Assembly (NCBI GenBank): GCA_964016885.1 | Contig: OZ024741.1 | Coordinates: 230,392,001-230,456,000 of the forward strand | Origin: Eledone cirrhosa | Lineage: Eukaryota | Direction: 5' to 3' | Length of the DNA stretch: 64,000 bases | Part shown: positions 28,714 to 40,454 of the stretch, piece after piece | Numbering within the stretch: position 1 is the stretch's first letter | Layout of the letters: every line of letters starts with the position of its first letter | The notes under the pieces: generated by a model | What the model was told of the DNA's origin: nothing | Databases searched by the model: none | Seen by the model: the letters and a program-made list of their open reading frames with translations, nothing else | Program-made: the position numbers and the translations under genes

Positions 28714-31700
28714 CTAAATATAGACGGTGCCGCAAAATGTTTTGGGCCAGTGGACCCTACGACCTGAACGGGTCGTGGTCTTGTAACGTGGCGATGGTGG
28801 TGGTGTAGGGACAGGCGATGATGGTGGTTCAGGAACAGGAGTTCGCTCAACAGGCAAATACGAAGGGGTTCGTGGATCAGGAACCACAGCGTCCGTGTCA
28901 AGGTGCGCCTGCTTAAGCCTGTCTAATGTAACTGTCTCCCTGGACCCCTTAATATCTAACGTGAAATGCTTAGCCGAGCGCGCTAAGACACGGTAAGGTC
29001 CAGTGTAAGGCTGTGTGAGCGGGGGCTTCACCGTATCATTCCTTACAAAGACATGCGTCCACGAGGCAATATCCCCCGGGACAGCAGTCTTGACAGTTTG
29101 TTTCCTAGTGTCCATTGGCGGCAAATCCTGGAAATAGGAGCGCAAACGGGACATGTAGGAAGCGTGATCTTGGGCATCAAGAGCGATAGGGCAAGCATTT
29201 GCCCGGGCAACGTCAGAGGGGCACCGTACAGTACTTCGGCCGGTGAAAATCCAAAGTCGACCTTCACCGTTGACCGAATCCCTAGTAGCACAATAGGGAG
29301 GTACTCGCTCCAATGCGCCGAGTCCATTGAGGCCATTAAGGAGGCCTTCAGTTGGCGGTGAAAACGCTCCACCATACCATTCGAAGCGGGATGGTATGCC
29401 GTAGTTCTAATGCGTTTAGCACCAATTAATTTTGACAGCTCAAGGAAAAGGCTCGACTCGAACTGTCGTCCACGGTCGGTAGTTATTGTGGATGGAACTC
29501 CATAACGAGAGATCCATCCAGACACAAGAGCACGTGCTGTTGTCTCCGCGGTGATGTTTTTCAAGGGGATGGCCTCAGGCCATCTCGAAAAACGGTCAAT
29601 GACGGTAAGTAGATAAGAAAAACCATCGCTGACAGGCCAAGGTCCCACTATGTCAATATGAATATGTGAAAAACGCGCATCTGGGTTAGCAAAGGTACCC
29701 AGGGGAGCCTTGACGTGTCGATGGACCTTTGATCTCTGGCAAGCGACGTAGGAACGGCACCAAGCAGCAATTTCGCGCCTCATATTTGGCCAGAAAAATC
29801 TAGCTGATATGAGCTTTGCTGTGGCAGAAGATCCTGGATGCGAGATACAATGTAATCCCAGAAACACGGTCCGACGATGATTCTCTGGAACGAAGGGCCT
29901 AGGCACGTCCAAAGAGACGTCGCAGAGAATTTGGCCAACTGCAGTCGACAGAGGCAAGTGTTTCATCTCGCAATTCGCAAACTCGGGCGATATGACATCC
30001 AATGACTCAAGGGGAGGCTGATCCGCAGCCAAACGAGTCAGATCTATGTCAGAGGATGACGAGATCGCTGTCACGGGTAAGCGGGACAAAGCATCGGCCG
30101 CTGTATTTAGTGAACCCGGAATGTGCTGGATATCACTCGTATATTGCGAGATGAAATCAAGGTGTCTCGTCTCTCTGGGCGAGTATTTATCAGCCTTCGC
30201 TCTCAAAGCAAAAGTCAATGGTTTATGGTCAGTGAGGATAGTAAATTGTCTACCCTCTAGCACATGTGAAAAATGTTTCACGGCCAAATAGATGGCTAAA
30301 AGCTCTCTTCCAAAGGTGCTGTAGCGCGTCTCAGCAGGATTTAGCTTTTTGGAAAAAAACTCCAGCGGTTGCTGGTAACCATTGATGTTTTGCTGTAGTA
30401 CTGCGCCCACAGCGATATCCGATGCATCAACACAAAGCGTTAGCTTTGCACCGGGTACCGGGTGAGTCAGTAACGAAGCATTAGCCAAAACAGTTTTGGC
30501 GTGCTGAAAATCAGCAAGTTGAGTGTCTGTCAAAGAAATATCTTTGTTCTTCCTCCGACAATTTTTCAAAAATTCTGTCAGGGAGAAAAGCAATTTTGCA
30601 CAATTTGGCACGAAACGCCTATAAAAGTTAACTAGACCTAAGAACTGGCGTAACTGACGTAGTGAGGTCGGTGGAGGCAAATCCTCTATGACCTTAACTC
30701 GCTCAGGCCGGGGTCGAATTCCGTCAGCATCGATGACGTGACCCAAGAAAGTCAGTGACTCAGCGCCCAAAACACATTTGGGTGCATTAAGCTGCACGTT
30801 ATACGCCTTCAATCGGCGGAAAAGAAGATTCAAATGGTGCGTATGCTGCTCTGGAGAAGAACTAGCAATGAGCAGATCGTCAATATAGGTATAGACGAAA
30901 TCGAAGCCGCGAGTAACCTCATCCATAAACCGCTGAAAAGTACTAGCGGCATTCCTTAATCCGAACGGCATAGTCAAACACTCGAAAGACCCAAATGGCG
31001 TAACTATAGCCGTTTTTGGAATGTCATTTTATGGACAGGAATTTGATGGTACGAACGAATTAAATCCAGTTTGGAGAATATCTTGCATCCCTGCAACGAA
31101 GACGCAAAGTCTTGCAGATGAGGGATAGGATAACGGTCCGGTACCGTTATCGAATTTAGGCGTCGATAATCTCCAGTAGGTCTCCAATCGCCATTCGCTT
31201 TCGGTACCATATGTAATGGGGACGCCCACGGGCTCGTGGACGGACGAATAATCCCCATTTGCAGCATATGATCAAATTCTGATCGTGCTGCTTTGAGTTT
31301 GTCCGGAGGCAAGCGACGAGGATGAGCGAAAACGGGAGCACCAGTTGTAGATATGAAGTGCTCCGTGGTATGAGTTGGTTCATCAAATCGAAAATTTCCC
31401 CGAGTCAGTTGCGGGAACGAGTTCAACAACGCACGGAAAGGATCACCAGTGTTAGCAAGAAAAAATGTCGGGCTAACCGTTGGAACTCCTGCTGCCTTGC
31501 CAACAACAGTTAATCCCGTGATGCCATCAATTAGGCGTTTACCACGAAGGTCCACCGTCAATGAAAAATGGTGGAGAAAATCCGCGCCTAGAATCGGATA
31601 CGGCAAGGCAGCGACAGTAAATATCCATTTAAACTCGCGCCGAAGATTACGAAACTGCAAAGGTAACGAGATTTGTCCGAAAGTTCGAATCGGCGAACAG

Positions 31701-32650
31701 TTTACTGCCTGCAATTCAATAGGCGTCTCGGGGGGAGTCTCCTTCATACAACACACAGGCCATACGGAACAAGCTGCACCTGTGTCAACCAGAAAAGCTC
31801 TACCTGACAGCAGGTCCTCAATGAAAAAGTGGCGGTTAGATGTTGTTTCGCAGAGCGCACTATCCGCCGTTAGTGACTCTGGTCGTCTTTTCCCTCGTAA
31901 GCGCAAGGAGGCCTACAACGGGCGGCTTTTTTTACCATATCTTTCATGGTAATAACAATATGGTGTTCCTGGTGTGTTGGAAGGGCTACGGTGGCGAGAA
32001 GTTGAATAACGTCGTGAGCGGCTCCTCTGCCGTCCAAAGGACCTGAATTCCGTGCACAACTCCGCCATTTGACGAGTCATGGCTTCCATAGTGGTGATTA
32101 ATTTGTCATCAGACGCTGATGAGCGTGATTGAGGAAGAGAAGAGGAAGCAACGTACTTTGGCTTCGAAGTGTCTCTCTTCGTCACCTCTACAATTTTGTC
32201 AGCAGAGACAGCAATGTGATCCAGGGTATTCACCTCTAGCATATGGGCTAGGATCGCCTGTACCTCTTGAGGTAGGCGAGAGAAGAACAATTGCTTCAGG
32301 AAAGGGCTATCCTGATCTTGGGAATCGCTCAAATCCCGCAAATGCCGGAGAAAAGCGGTAGGGGTCCTGTCACCCAATCGTTCGTCCTCGATCAGTGACC
32401 GAAAACGACTCTCTACCGACTTACAATTCCTCCTCAAAATCTCGCCCTTCAAAAACTCATACGTCAAGTCAGAGGGGGGGGTGGTCTGTAATTAGGTCTT
32501 GGACCGAATCTGCTAGATTAGGGGGAAGGCCGCTAATCAGTACAGCGAGGCGCTGGTCAGATTCGGTCTTACAGACCGTAAAATACGCCTGTACTGGGCA
32601 AACCACATCTTAGGTTTTCCAGTAAAGGCGGGCAAATGTGGTACATTCAT
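28714..32650 (-). mobile_element. Ty3/Gypsy retrotransposon gag-pol with a few frameshifts; no 5' LTR found
   Basis: Gag PAFTGKPKMWFAQ and CYYH; protease FLVDTGA; RT SPWASP, YIDD; RNase H VDAS, RELLA, TDHKPL; integrase [25 protein letters not shown]; GPY motif; domain order PR-RT-RH-IN. Confidence 0.96.
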
Positions 32651-33371
32651 GTCAACTTTTAAAATTAAAACAAATATATATACCTATATATCTAAAGAGC
32701 AATTAATGTACCCTTGTACAGTAAAAAGAGAACAGCCAATATTGAGAAAAAGCTAAAGGGCAAAAAGAAACAGACATTCAAAACATAAGGAAATATGCAA
32801 AATACATAAAATACAGATATATATCTTTTTAAAAAAAAAAAAATTTCCTTCAACGTCTGTCCCCTCGCGTTGCTTCAACGAAACAGCCAAATCAAATAAG
32901 GTAAAATTGAGGAAGAAAAACATGTTTGTTTTTTTGTTTTTTTAAAATATATCCGCGTTGGATATCAACAAAGGTAGCCAGTGGCTAAAAATCCCTTAGA
33001 AAAAGGTAAGGCATGTATATCCCCATGCGGGGCAGTTATGTTCACAAAAAAAAGCTTAGTCTCTTCTCTCTTGATCAGTCATGGAACACACACGCAATTC
33101 AAAAGATGTGTCCGTTACAAAACTGGGAAGGAACGCAACGCCACCTTGGAAAAATACACTTTTTTCTTTTTTCTTCTGTAAGTTGCGAAAAAGTTGGCAA
33201 CGGAAATGGAATATTCAAGTGAATAAAAAAAAAAAAATTGCTCTAAATTATCGACACGAATGAATCGTTCTGATATTTCTCGAGTTGGCTACTTCTCGAG
33301 TTTTAGGGAAACAGATACACAGACATTCTTTGTTTTATATATATCGATTAGTTAACTTAAATTTATCTAAC

Positions 33372-33512
33372 CTTCGCAAACCTTGGTAGCATTCTCAAAA
33401 TATCCCTTGACACAACCTTCTTCACATTTGCCAGTGAATTGATCACATTTAGAATTGTCGCACAGTTCACAGCGTTCCATGCATATATTTCCATGGAATC
33501 CAAGTTTGCATT
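33372..33512 (-). CDS. Host gene exon F, EGF repeat (141 nt)
   Basis: CKLGFHGNICMERCELCDNSKCDQFTGKCEEGCVKGYFENATKVCE; AG/GT boundaries; phase 1-1. Confidence 0.9.
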
Positions 33513-33589
33513 CTGTAATATTAAAAATGATAAAGAAGTATATATATATATATACATATATACATATATACATATATATATTTTAATAA

Positions 33590-34830
33590 ATAAGCAGAGA
33601 ACAAAAAACAGAGAGGCAGTACAAATGATATTAGTATTAGTTTCATGCTTGAGAGTGTGGCGGGGGGGGGGGGGGGCGTTTCGGGCATAGGCCCTTCATC
33701 AGGAGAACAGTGGGTAGGAAGAGAGTTCCGAGGGTGTGTGGAGGAGTGGTGGAAAGACATTTATAAAAGGGAGGAGAGAGAAAAGGGAGGAAAAACGATG
33801 TTTAGAGAGTAAAGGAAATTGTTTAAAAGTACAAATACAAATAAAAATAAAAATAAACAAGTGGTGAAAGGGTGTGAGGCGTGTAGGGGAGGTGGTGGTG
33901 GAGGGGTATGGATAGGGGAGAGGGAGGCGGGGAGGGGGAAGCGAGCGGGGTGGGCTGAAGGTCATGTTTGTGTATAGTTGTAGGTGTACGTGTGTGTGTG
34001 TGTGTGTGTATGTGAATGTGAGAGTTGGGGGAAGAACGAGGTTCCATATTCAGTTAAAAGGGAAACCGGTGTGTACATGGGGGCGGGGGTGTAAGTCGGT
34101 GTGCGCGTGCGTGTGGATGGAGAGGGGTCAGAGGGGTGGGGGGCTGAGTGTGGGGATACGCATGTGTGTGTTTGTGTGTATATGTGGTGTGGATGTAGGT
34201 GACGTGGTTCGAAATAATGTGTTCGTGTGTATGTTCCTAAGGTATTTCCATGGAGTGTGATACGAGATGTTGGAGATTTCACGTGCCATAGAATGGATAG
34301 CTGGAACGATGACCGGTGCTGTAAAATCCTAGTGTGGTAATGCGGCAGTGGAGAGACGTGGCGTGCGCGCGCAAAAGGAAGTGGTCAGAGAATCATGGCA
34401 GGGTAAAGAGATAGCAGCAGAGGAGGATGACAGGTAAAGAAAGGGTCTGTATGTGGTGTGGACTGTGTGTCTGTGTGCGGAGGTGCGGTGGACAGGGGAT
34501 AATATGGGTAGGTGTGAAAGGTGGAGGGAGTAGGTGGTGCTGTGGGGGGCTGGTGTGTATATTAGTTGAGGTGTTAGTGGGATGTGTGTGTGAGGGGGTG
34601 TACGTGGAGCGGGGAGAGAGAAAGAGAAAAAGGTATTGGGGACGGAGGAGGGAATGTAGTGTACTGGTGTGTGTGTGTGTGTGCGTGTTTGGATATGAGT
34701 GTGTGTGTGGTAGAGAGAGTGTTAGTATTACTGGTAGTGGGGAAGGGGTTGAATGCGGGTGTGAAAGTGGGGGTTAGTGGTCGTTGCGTGTGTGGAGTGG
34801 GTGGTGTATCGGTGTGTACGTCCCAGTAAT
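33590..34830 (-). mobile_element. Decayed Penelope-like element remnant
   Basis: CA/CT-rich degenerate body ending in a hammerhead half-motif; coding signal is weak. Confidence 0.4.
33677..33710 (-). ncRNA. Partial hammerhead motif with the cleavage arm replaced by poly-C
   Basis: CTGATGA-A-GGGC-CTAT-GCCC-GAAACG then a C run; no NUH triplet or stem I partner. Confidence 0.5.
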
Positions 34831-34923
34831 GCACTTCGATGATTACTCGCTTTGTGCCAAAAATAGAAATAATTATTATTAATAAATATTTATTAAGTGT
34901 AATTACAAATATATATAACTTAC

Positions 34924-35097
34924 GTAATACTTCCACTTCACACAGAGTAAGCATTTTTCCTCCAGATCTTGATATTTCGACATAACTTGCATTTTTTTTT
35001 TCATTACACGTAATATCAATTATATCTTCCAACTTAGAATTACTTTCAAAACAGATGTCTGATTCTAGATGAACTTTAAATCCCAACGGCCGCCCAT
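34924..35097 (-). CDS. Host gene exon E, C-terminal part of the F-type lectin domain (174 nt)
   Basis: GRPLGFKVHLESDICF...ITC...YVEISRSGGKMLTLCEVEVL; LTLCEVEV is the typical end of this domain; donor GTaagt. Confidence 0.92.
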
Positions 35098-35361
35098 CTA
35101 GTATCGAAATTTATGAAGAGCAATAGTGAAATAAAAGTTTCAATACATTAAGGAACATTTCAGACGAAAAAAAATCAACCAAGCAATGAATTCATATTTC
35201 TTATTGATTGTCTCATTAAAATGAGAGATTCAATCACAATGGATTATACAAACCCAATAATTTATCATGTTTACTATGCTTATTCACATACAAGTGTGTA
35301 AATATGTGTATACACATGTACATGTGTATGTATATGTGTATATACATGAGTGCATGTGTAT

Positions 35362-35697
35362 GTATATGCGCGGGAACATAGAAATAGTCGGGCTGGACAT
35401 CCGATCGCACGGTTAAACTACTGGGAGTGAAGGACCCCTAGCCTTTCTCAGGGTATTCTTCTAGAAGAAGGCAACTCAGGAAACTGGGATAACTCCGCTA
35501 TAAAACCTGCAGCTCAGTAGTTATCGATGATGTTGAACTTTTCTTCTTTTCGGGTTATAGCTACTGTTAATGGGATTGGCTCAGTGGACAGTCTTTCTTC
35601 ATGCACAGGCATTGCGCGATAGATTTAATTAATAATTATTAATAATGGTATATCGTGCAATGGCCATACTCGATAACGAGGGGGCAGTCATCATGTA
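35362..35697. repeat. Dispersed repeat of about 340 bp in a (TATG)n context (copy 1), possibly RTE-related
   Basis: Co-linear with 40111-40454; internal hairpin CATTGCGCGATA...TATCGTGCAATG. Confidence 0.7.
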
Positions 35698-36073
35698 TGC
35701 ATGTATGTATGTATATGTATGTTGGTTCACTTTTGAGTGCCACTAGTAACATGTAACCCAGTACAACCAGTCACATGGTCGGATCGTAACAAGTTTACTT
35801 GGTGAGGAGGGGGATTTTGGATACCTGGCAGGACAAAAAACAAAACCTGACAAAGGGTGGAAGAAGTCATAAGTGTGACCGGCCATCCAAAAATATGTAA
35901 ATATGTATATACATGTATGCCTGTGTATAAATGTGTATATATATATATATATACATATTTGTTGGTTCTTTACCGAGCCCTCAGTATGCAGATTGGGTAC
36001 GCAGGTTGGTTTGGTTACTCCGGAGTAATGTAAAATAAAGTAATTAAGTCAAATATTCGTTTATTAAAGATGT

Positions 36074-36128
36074 ACTGCTATATATATCTTGGTGACAGCC
36101 ATCATTGGCTGTGACCTCTTCAGGCAGT
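36074..36128 (-). ncRNA. Hammerhead motif, left arm (GAAA box changed to AAGA)
   Basis: ACTGC-CTGAAGA-GGTCACAGCC-aatgat-GGCTGTCACC-AAGA-TATATA-TA-GCAGT. Confidence 0.62.
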
Positions 36129-36643
36129 CCAAATTGGTGTTGTAGAGGCAGGTACACATGTTGTTAAAGTGTTTTACTCCGTCAATACTCCGATATGTCC
36201 AGCTCCTGGTTGGGATGTTATTTCTCTGAGGAACTGGAATCATGTGAATTCAAACAAACGAATTTCGGCATCATAGGACACTCTCTCCCCACCCATTGGT
36301 CAGTTGTGAGAACATTCCTCAGTCAAAAGTCTATAGAAATATTTTTCTGAGGCAAGACAATCTGTTGGGGTTGTTTTTGTTAAGTACAGCTGACCTCCTC
36401 CCTTGTGTTTATTGGTGTTAGGGGGTTAGCTGGAAGGTCAGCCTTAGTTCTACTGCTGCTGTCTCTAGAAGAATGAGTGTGTGTGGGTTGGCATCAATGC
36501 TACCACCCTTTCATGTGGTGGGGAGGGGGTGCCAAACAGATAATGAAATAACAAAGTAAAATGAAGAAATAAAATTGTATTAAAAAAATAAAATAAAATA
36601 AAATAAAATAATAACATAAGATACAATAAAATGAAGAAGCAAA

Positions 36644-36674
<31 letters not shown>

Positions 36675-37068
36675 AATAGAATAAAATGCATGTTTGTTAT
36701 AGCCAATATCAAATATCCAAGAAGAATAAAGTGCGTGTGTTATAACCAATATTAAAGTTTGAAAGATTTGGAAAATATTGACTGAAGTAGAAAGGCTATG
36801 TGTCAGAATTGGGAAATGCAAAGGATTACACTATCATGGGGTGGTACGTTTTAAGAGCAAATGAAGCAAGAGTGGAGTGTAAAACACCATAACCTGAGTG
36901 TCAAAATCTGGAAATGCAGAGGACCACAGTTTTTGACTCGGCATCGAGTACATATGCGTGTATGTCAACCCACATCGTTGCAAGCCCACACGCACAAACA
37001 CTGGCCCAGGTGCATCCCATAATCACACACACAGATTATACAAACACACACACACCCATATATATATG

Positions 37069-37133
<65 letters not shown>

Positions 37134-37396
37134 GTAAGTATCAGTGCATGTACAATTTTAAATAACAGGATCTATGTATGGACATATGCATAAGTCTGTG
37201 CTGCCATAGGAATCGATCGAGGCAGGGGTAGGGGGTGGTGAAAGTGTAGGGGGTGGTTTACCATGGGCTCGGTGCGGCGGGGCAACTGTCCCTATAGCTT
37301 GAGGGAAGTTCCCTTCCCAAAGTGTTGTTATTGTCCATATAGTTTGAGGAAGATCCGGGCATGGGGTGTCTACATGTCCCGGAGAAGTCCGTATAG

Positions 37397-37792
37397 TTTA
37401 GTAATGAATGCCTAAGGAAGAACTTAATATACTGATGTAGAGTAAAAACTCTCAACTTTGAACACCTTTACATAGGAGCCACATCAACGAGCTTTAAGGA
37501 CGGATGGTATAACCATCGCCATTCCTTTAATAGGGAGGACAAAAGGAAAAGTACGGCTCGGTCCCAACTGATCTAGAAGCTCAAGCTGGACAGGACCCCG
37601 TACTCTCTGGCCTGGTCCCAAATCAGGAAAGTACCACCTGATAAAGGGGGATCTAGCATCTGCAAAATATGTCTGAGCGAGAACCTCGAGATACTCAGCG
37701 GTGGAAGCAGCCGGATAAACATCAGGACTGACTTCTTCGGGACATGTAGACACCTCAGGGTCGGGCCCTTCATCAAGCTATATGGACAATAA
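37397..37792 (+). pseudogene. Penelope-type GIY-YIG endonuclease (two in-frame stops); not in the ORF track
   Basis: ECLRKNLIY*CRV...YIGATSTSFKDGWYNHRHSF...I*KLK...CKICLSENLEI...INIRTDFFGTCRH. Confidence 0.85.
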
Positions 37793-38034
37793 CAACACAC
37801 TGGGAGGGGAAATTCCCTCAAGCTATAGAGACTTCTCCGGGACATGTAGACACCCCAGGCCCGGATCTTCGTCAAGCTATATGGACAATAACAACACTTT
37901 GGGATGTGAACTTCCCTCAAGTTATAGGGACTTCCCCGGGACATGTAGACACCTCAGGCCGGGACCTTCCTCTAGCTCTAGCTATATGGGCAACAACAAC
38001 GAATTGGGAAGGGAACTTCCCTCAAGCTATAGGG
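37731..38034 (+). repeat. Three tandem units of about 100 bp spanning the GIY-YIG C-terminus
   Basis: acttc..cgggacatgtagacacc...ctatatgg.caa.aacaac...ttccctcaag.tatag, three times. Confidence 0.9.
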
Positions 38035-38186
38035 ACAGTAGCCCCGCCACACCGAGCCCACGGTAAACCACCCTCTACACTTTCACCACCCCTAACCCGG
38101 CCTCTATTGACTCCTATGGCAGCACAGACCTATGCATATGTCCATACACAGATCCTGTTATTTAAGATTATACATGCACTGATAAT

Positions 38187-38249
<63 letters not shown>

Positions 38250-39197
38250 GCGTGTAAATGTATACATATATATATGAGTGTGTGTGTGTTTGTATAATCT
38301 GTGTGTGTGTGGGTGGGTGTGTGATTATGGGATGCACCTGGACCCGTGTTTGTGCGTGCGGGCTTGCAACGATGTGGGTTGAAATACACGCATATGTACT
38401 CTATGCCGAGTCAAAAACTGTGGTCCTCTTCATTTCCGGATTTTGACACTCAGGTTATGGTGTTTTACACTCCACTCTTGCTTCATTTGCTCTTAAAACG
38501 TACCACCCCATGATAGTGTAATCCTTTGTATATCCCGATTCTGACACATAGCCTTTCTACTTCAGTCAATATTTTCCAAATCTTTCAAACTTTAATATTG
38601 GTTATAACACACACGCACTTTATTCTTCTTGGATATTTGATATTGGCTATAACAAACATGCATTTTATTCTATTTTATTTATTTATTTATTTATTTATTT
38701 GCTTCTTCATTTTATTGTATCTTATCTTATTATTTTATTTTTTTAATACTATTTTATTTCTTCATTTTACTTTATATTATTTCATTATCTGTTTGGCACC
38801 CCCTCCCCACCACATGAAAGGGTGGTAGCATTTATGCCAACCCACACACACTCATTCTTCTAAAGACAGCAGCAGTAGAACTAAGGCTTACCTTCCAGCT
38901 AACCCCCTAACACCAATAAACACAAGGGAGGAGGTCAGCTGTACTTAACGAAAACAACCACAACAGATTGTCTTTCCTCAGAAAAAAATTTCTATAGACT
39001 TTTGACTGAGGAATGTTCTCACAACTGACCAATGAGAGGAGAGAGTGTCCTATGATGCCGAAATTTGTTTGTTCGAATTCATATGATTCCAGTTTCTCAG
39101 AGAAATAACATCCGAACCAGGAGCTGGACATATCGGAGTATTGACGGAGTAAAACACTTTAACAACATGTGTACATGTCTCTACCACACCAATTCGA

Positions 39198-39252
39198 ACT
39201 GCCTGAAGAGGTCACAGCCAATGATGGCTCTCACCGAAATATATAGAGCAGT
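39198..39252 (+). ncRNA. Hammerhead motif, right arm (cleavage-site UA changed to GA)
   Basis: ACTGC-CTGAAGA-GGTCACAGCC-aatgat-GGCTCTCACC-GAAA-TATATA-GA-GCAGT. Confidence 0.65.
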
Positions 39253-39305
39253 ATATGCTTAATAAACGAGCCAAATTTTACATATTTGACTTAATTACTT
39301 AATTT

Positions 39306-39352
<47 letters not shown>

Positions 39353-39358
<6 letters not shown>

Positions 39359-39984
39359 TAAAGAATTTAATGTGAGCAAGAAGCCAACAGTAATTCATAC
39401 ATATAAGTGACTATTACGTCAAGATGGAAAATATTTAACGAAAGACATGGGAAAATAATTCAATGCCAATTCAAAAAAAAGTCAAGACAAAGATTTTATC
39501 CACAGATTTTGTGTAATCCAGGGAAAATACTAATAGAGTCTTAACTCAGAATAAAATCTACAAATTCTCTATATAGTCTTAAAAAGACTATTTCACGAAA
39601 CTTTTCAGTGGGGTTAGTCACGGTTGGAGTCGTTCATCAGTGGAGCTCAAACACGATAACCAAAATCACTGCTAAAATATGCCAGAAAGGGAATTTAAAA
39701 GCAGGCTAGTTACACCTCGTGTGGAATTAAGATAATAAACACACTTGGAGAACAGGGCTAGTAACGTCAGAATGAGATGAATGACTGTTTACAAGAAATA
39801 GCAGTCAAAAGATTCCGAAAAAACTCAACAAAACATATGGAGTTCAGCATAAAGCAATATTATCGGGGCTTTTATAAAAAAAAACCGGGATTAGTCACAA
39901 ATAATTTTAAGCATTCTAGGAAAAATTCCGAGTATAAATATAAATGAAAATAGAGAAATTAATGTGAGCAAGAAGCCAATAGTA
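39353..39984 (-). mobile_element. Non-coding unit with about 40-bp terminal direct repeats (period 592) containing the hammerhead
   Basis: TTAATGTGAGCAAGAAGCCAA is identical in 39353-39392 and 39945-39984; flanked by (TA)n and (TATG)n. Confidence 0.55.
39567..39645 (-). ncRNA. Type I hammerhead ribozyme with a full stem III
   Basis: CTCCA-CTGATGA-ACGA...TCGT-GAAA-TAGTCTT-ttt-AAGACTA-TA-TAGAG; stem I pairs at 4 of 5 positions, stem III is perfect, AUA triplet. Confidence 0.7.
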
Positions 39985-39994
39985 TATATAAGCC

Positions 39995-40025
<31 letters not shown>

Positions 40026-40110
40026 TGTATGTATGTATGTATGTATGTATGTATGTATGTATGTATGTATGTATGTGTGTGTGTGTGTGTGTGCATGTAT
40101 GCATGTGTAT

Positions 40111-40454
40111 GTATATGCGCGGGTACATAGAAATAATCGGACTGGACACTCGATCGTGCGGTTAAACCACTGGGAGTGAAGTACCCCTAACCTTAGTCAG
40201 GGCATACTTCTAGGAGAAGACAACTCAGGAAACTGGGATAACACCTATATAAAACCTTCGGATCAGTAGTTACCGATGATGCTGATCTTTTCTTCTTTTC
40301 GGGTTATAGCTACTGTCACTCAGCGTGTGGAATTTCTTCACTTTAAAAAAAATCTGCATGCACAGGCATTGCGCGATAGAATTAATTAATAATTATTAAT
40401 AATGGTATATCGTGCAATGGCCATACTTGATAACGAGGGGGCAGCCATCATGTA
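40111..40454. repeat. Dispersed repeat of about 340 bp (copy 2)
   Basis: Co-linear with 35362-35697. Confidence 0.7.

Larger units (their letters stand above)
24035..33347 (-). mobile_element. Internally deleted Helitron B (family A), interrupted by CRE and Gypsy insertions
   Basis: 24035-24436 matches about 17180-17605; 24437-26100 matches about 21960-23173; 33285-33347 matches the 5' terminus of A (TCGATATATATAAAACAAAGAATG). Confidence 0.85.
36032..39310. mobile_element. Penelope-like element with a large inverted duplication (arms about 36032-37396 and 37825-39310)
   Basis: The arms are diverged reverse complements; the spacer encodes a GIY-YIG endonuclease; each arm carries a hammerhead near its outer end. 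Confidence 0.85.

Noticed and set aside
37433-37435. In-frame TGA in GIY-YIG as selenocysteine
   Set aside because: It is not at an evident Cys position, a second stop (TAG, 37574-37576) shows decay, and no SECIS was identified.
37731-38034. Possible CRISPR-like array
   Set aside because: The units are contiguous diverged repeats with no unique spacers and no cas genes, in eukaryotic DNA.
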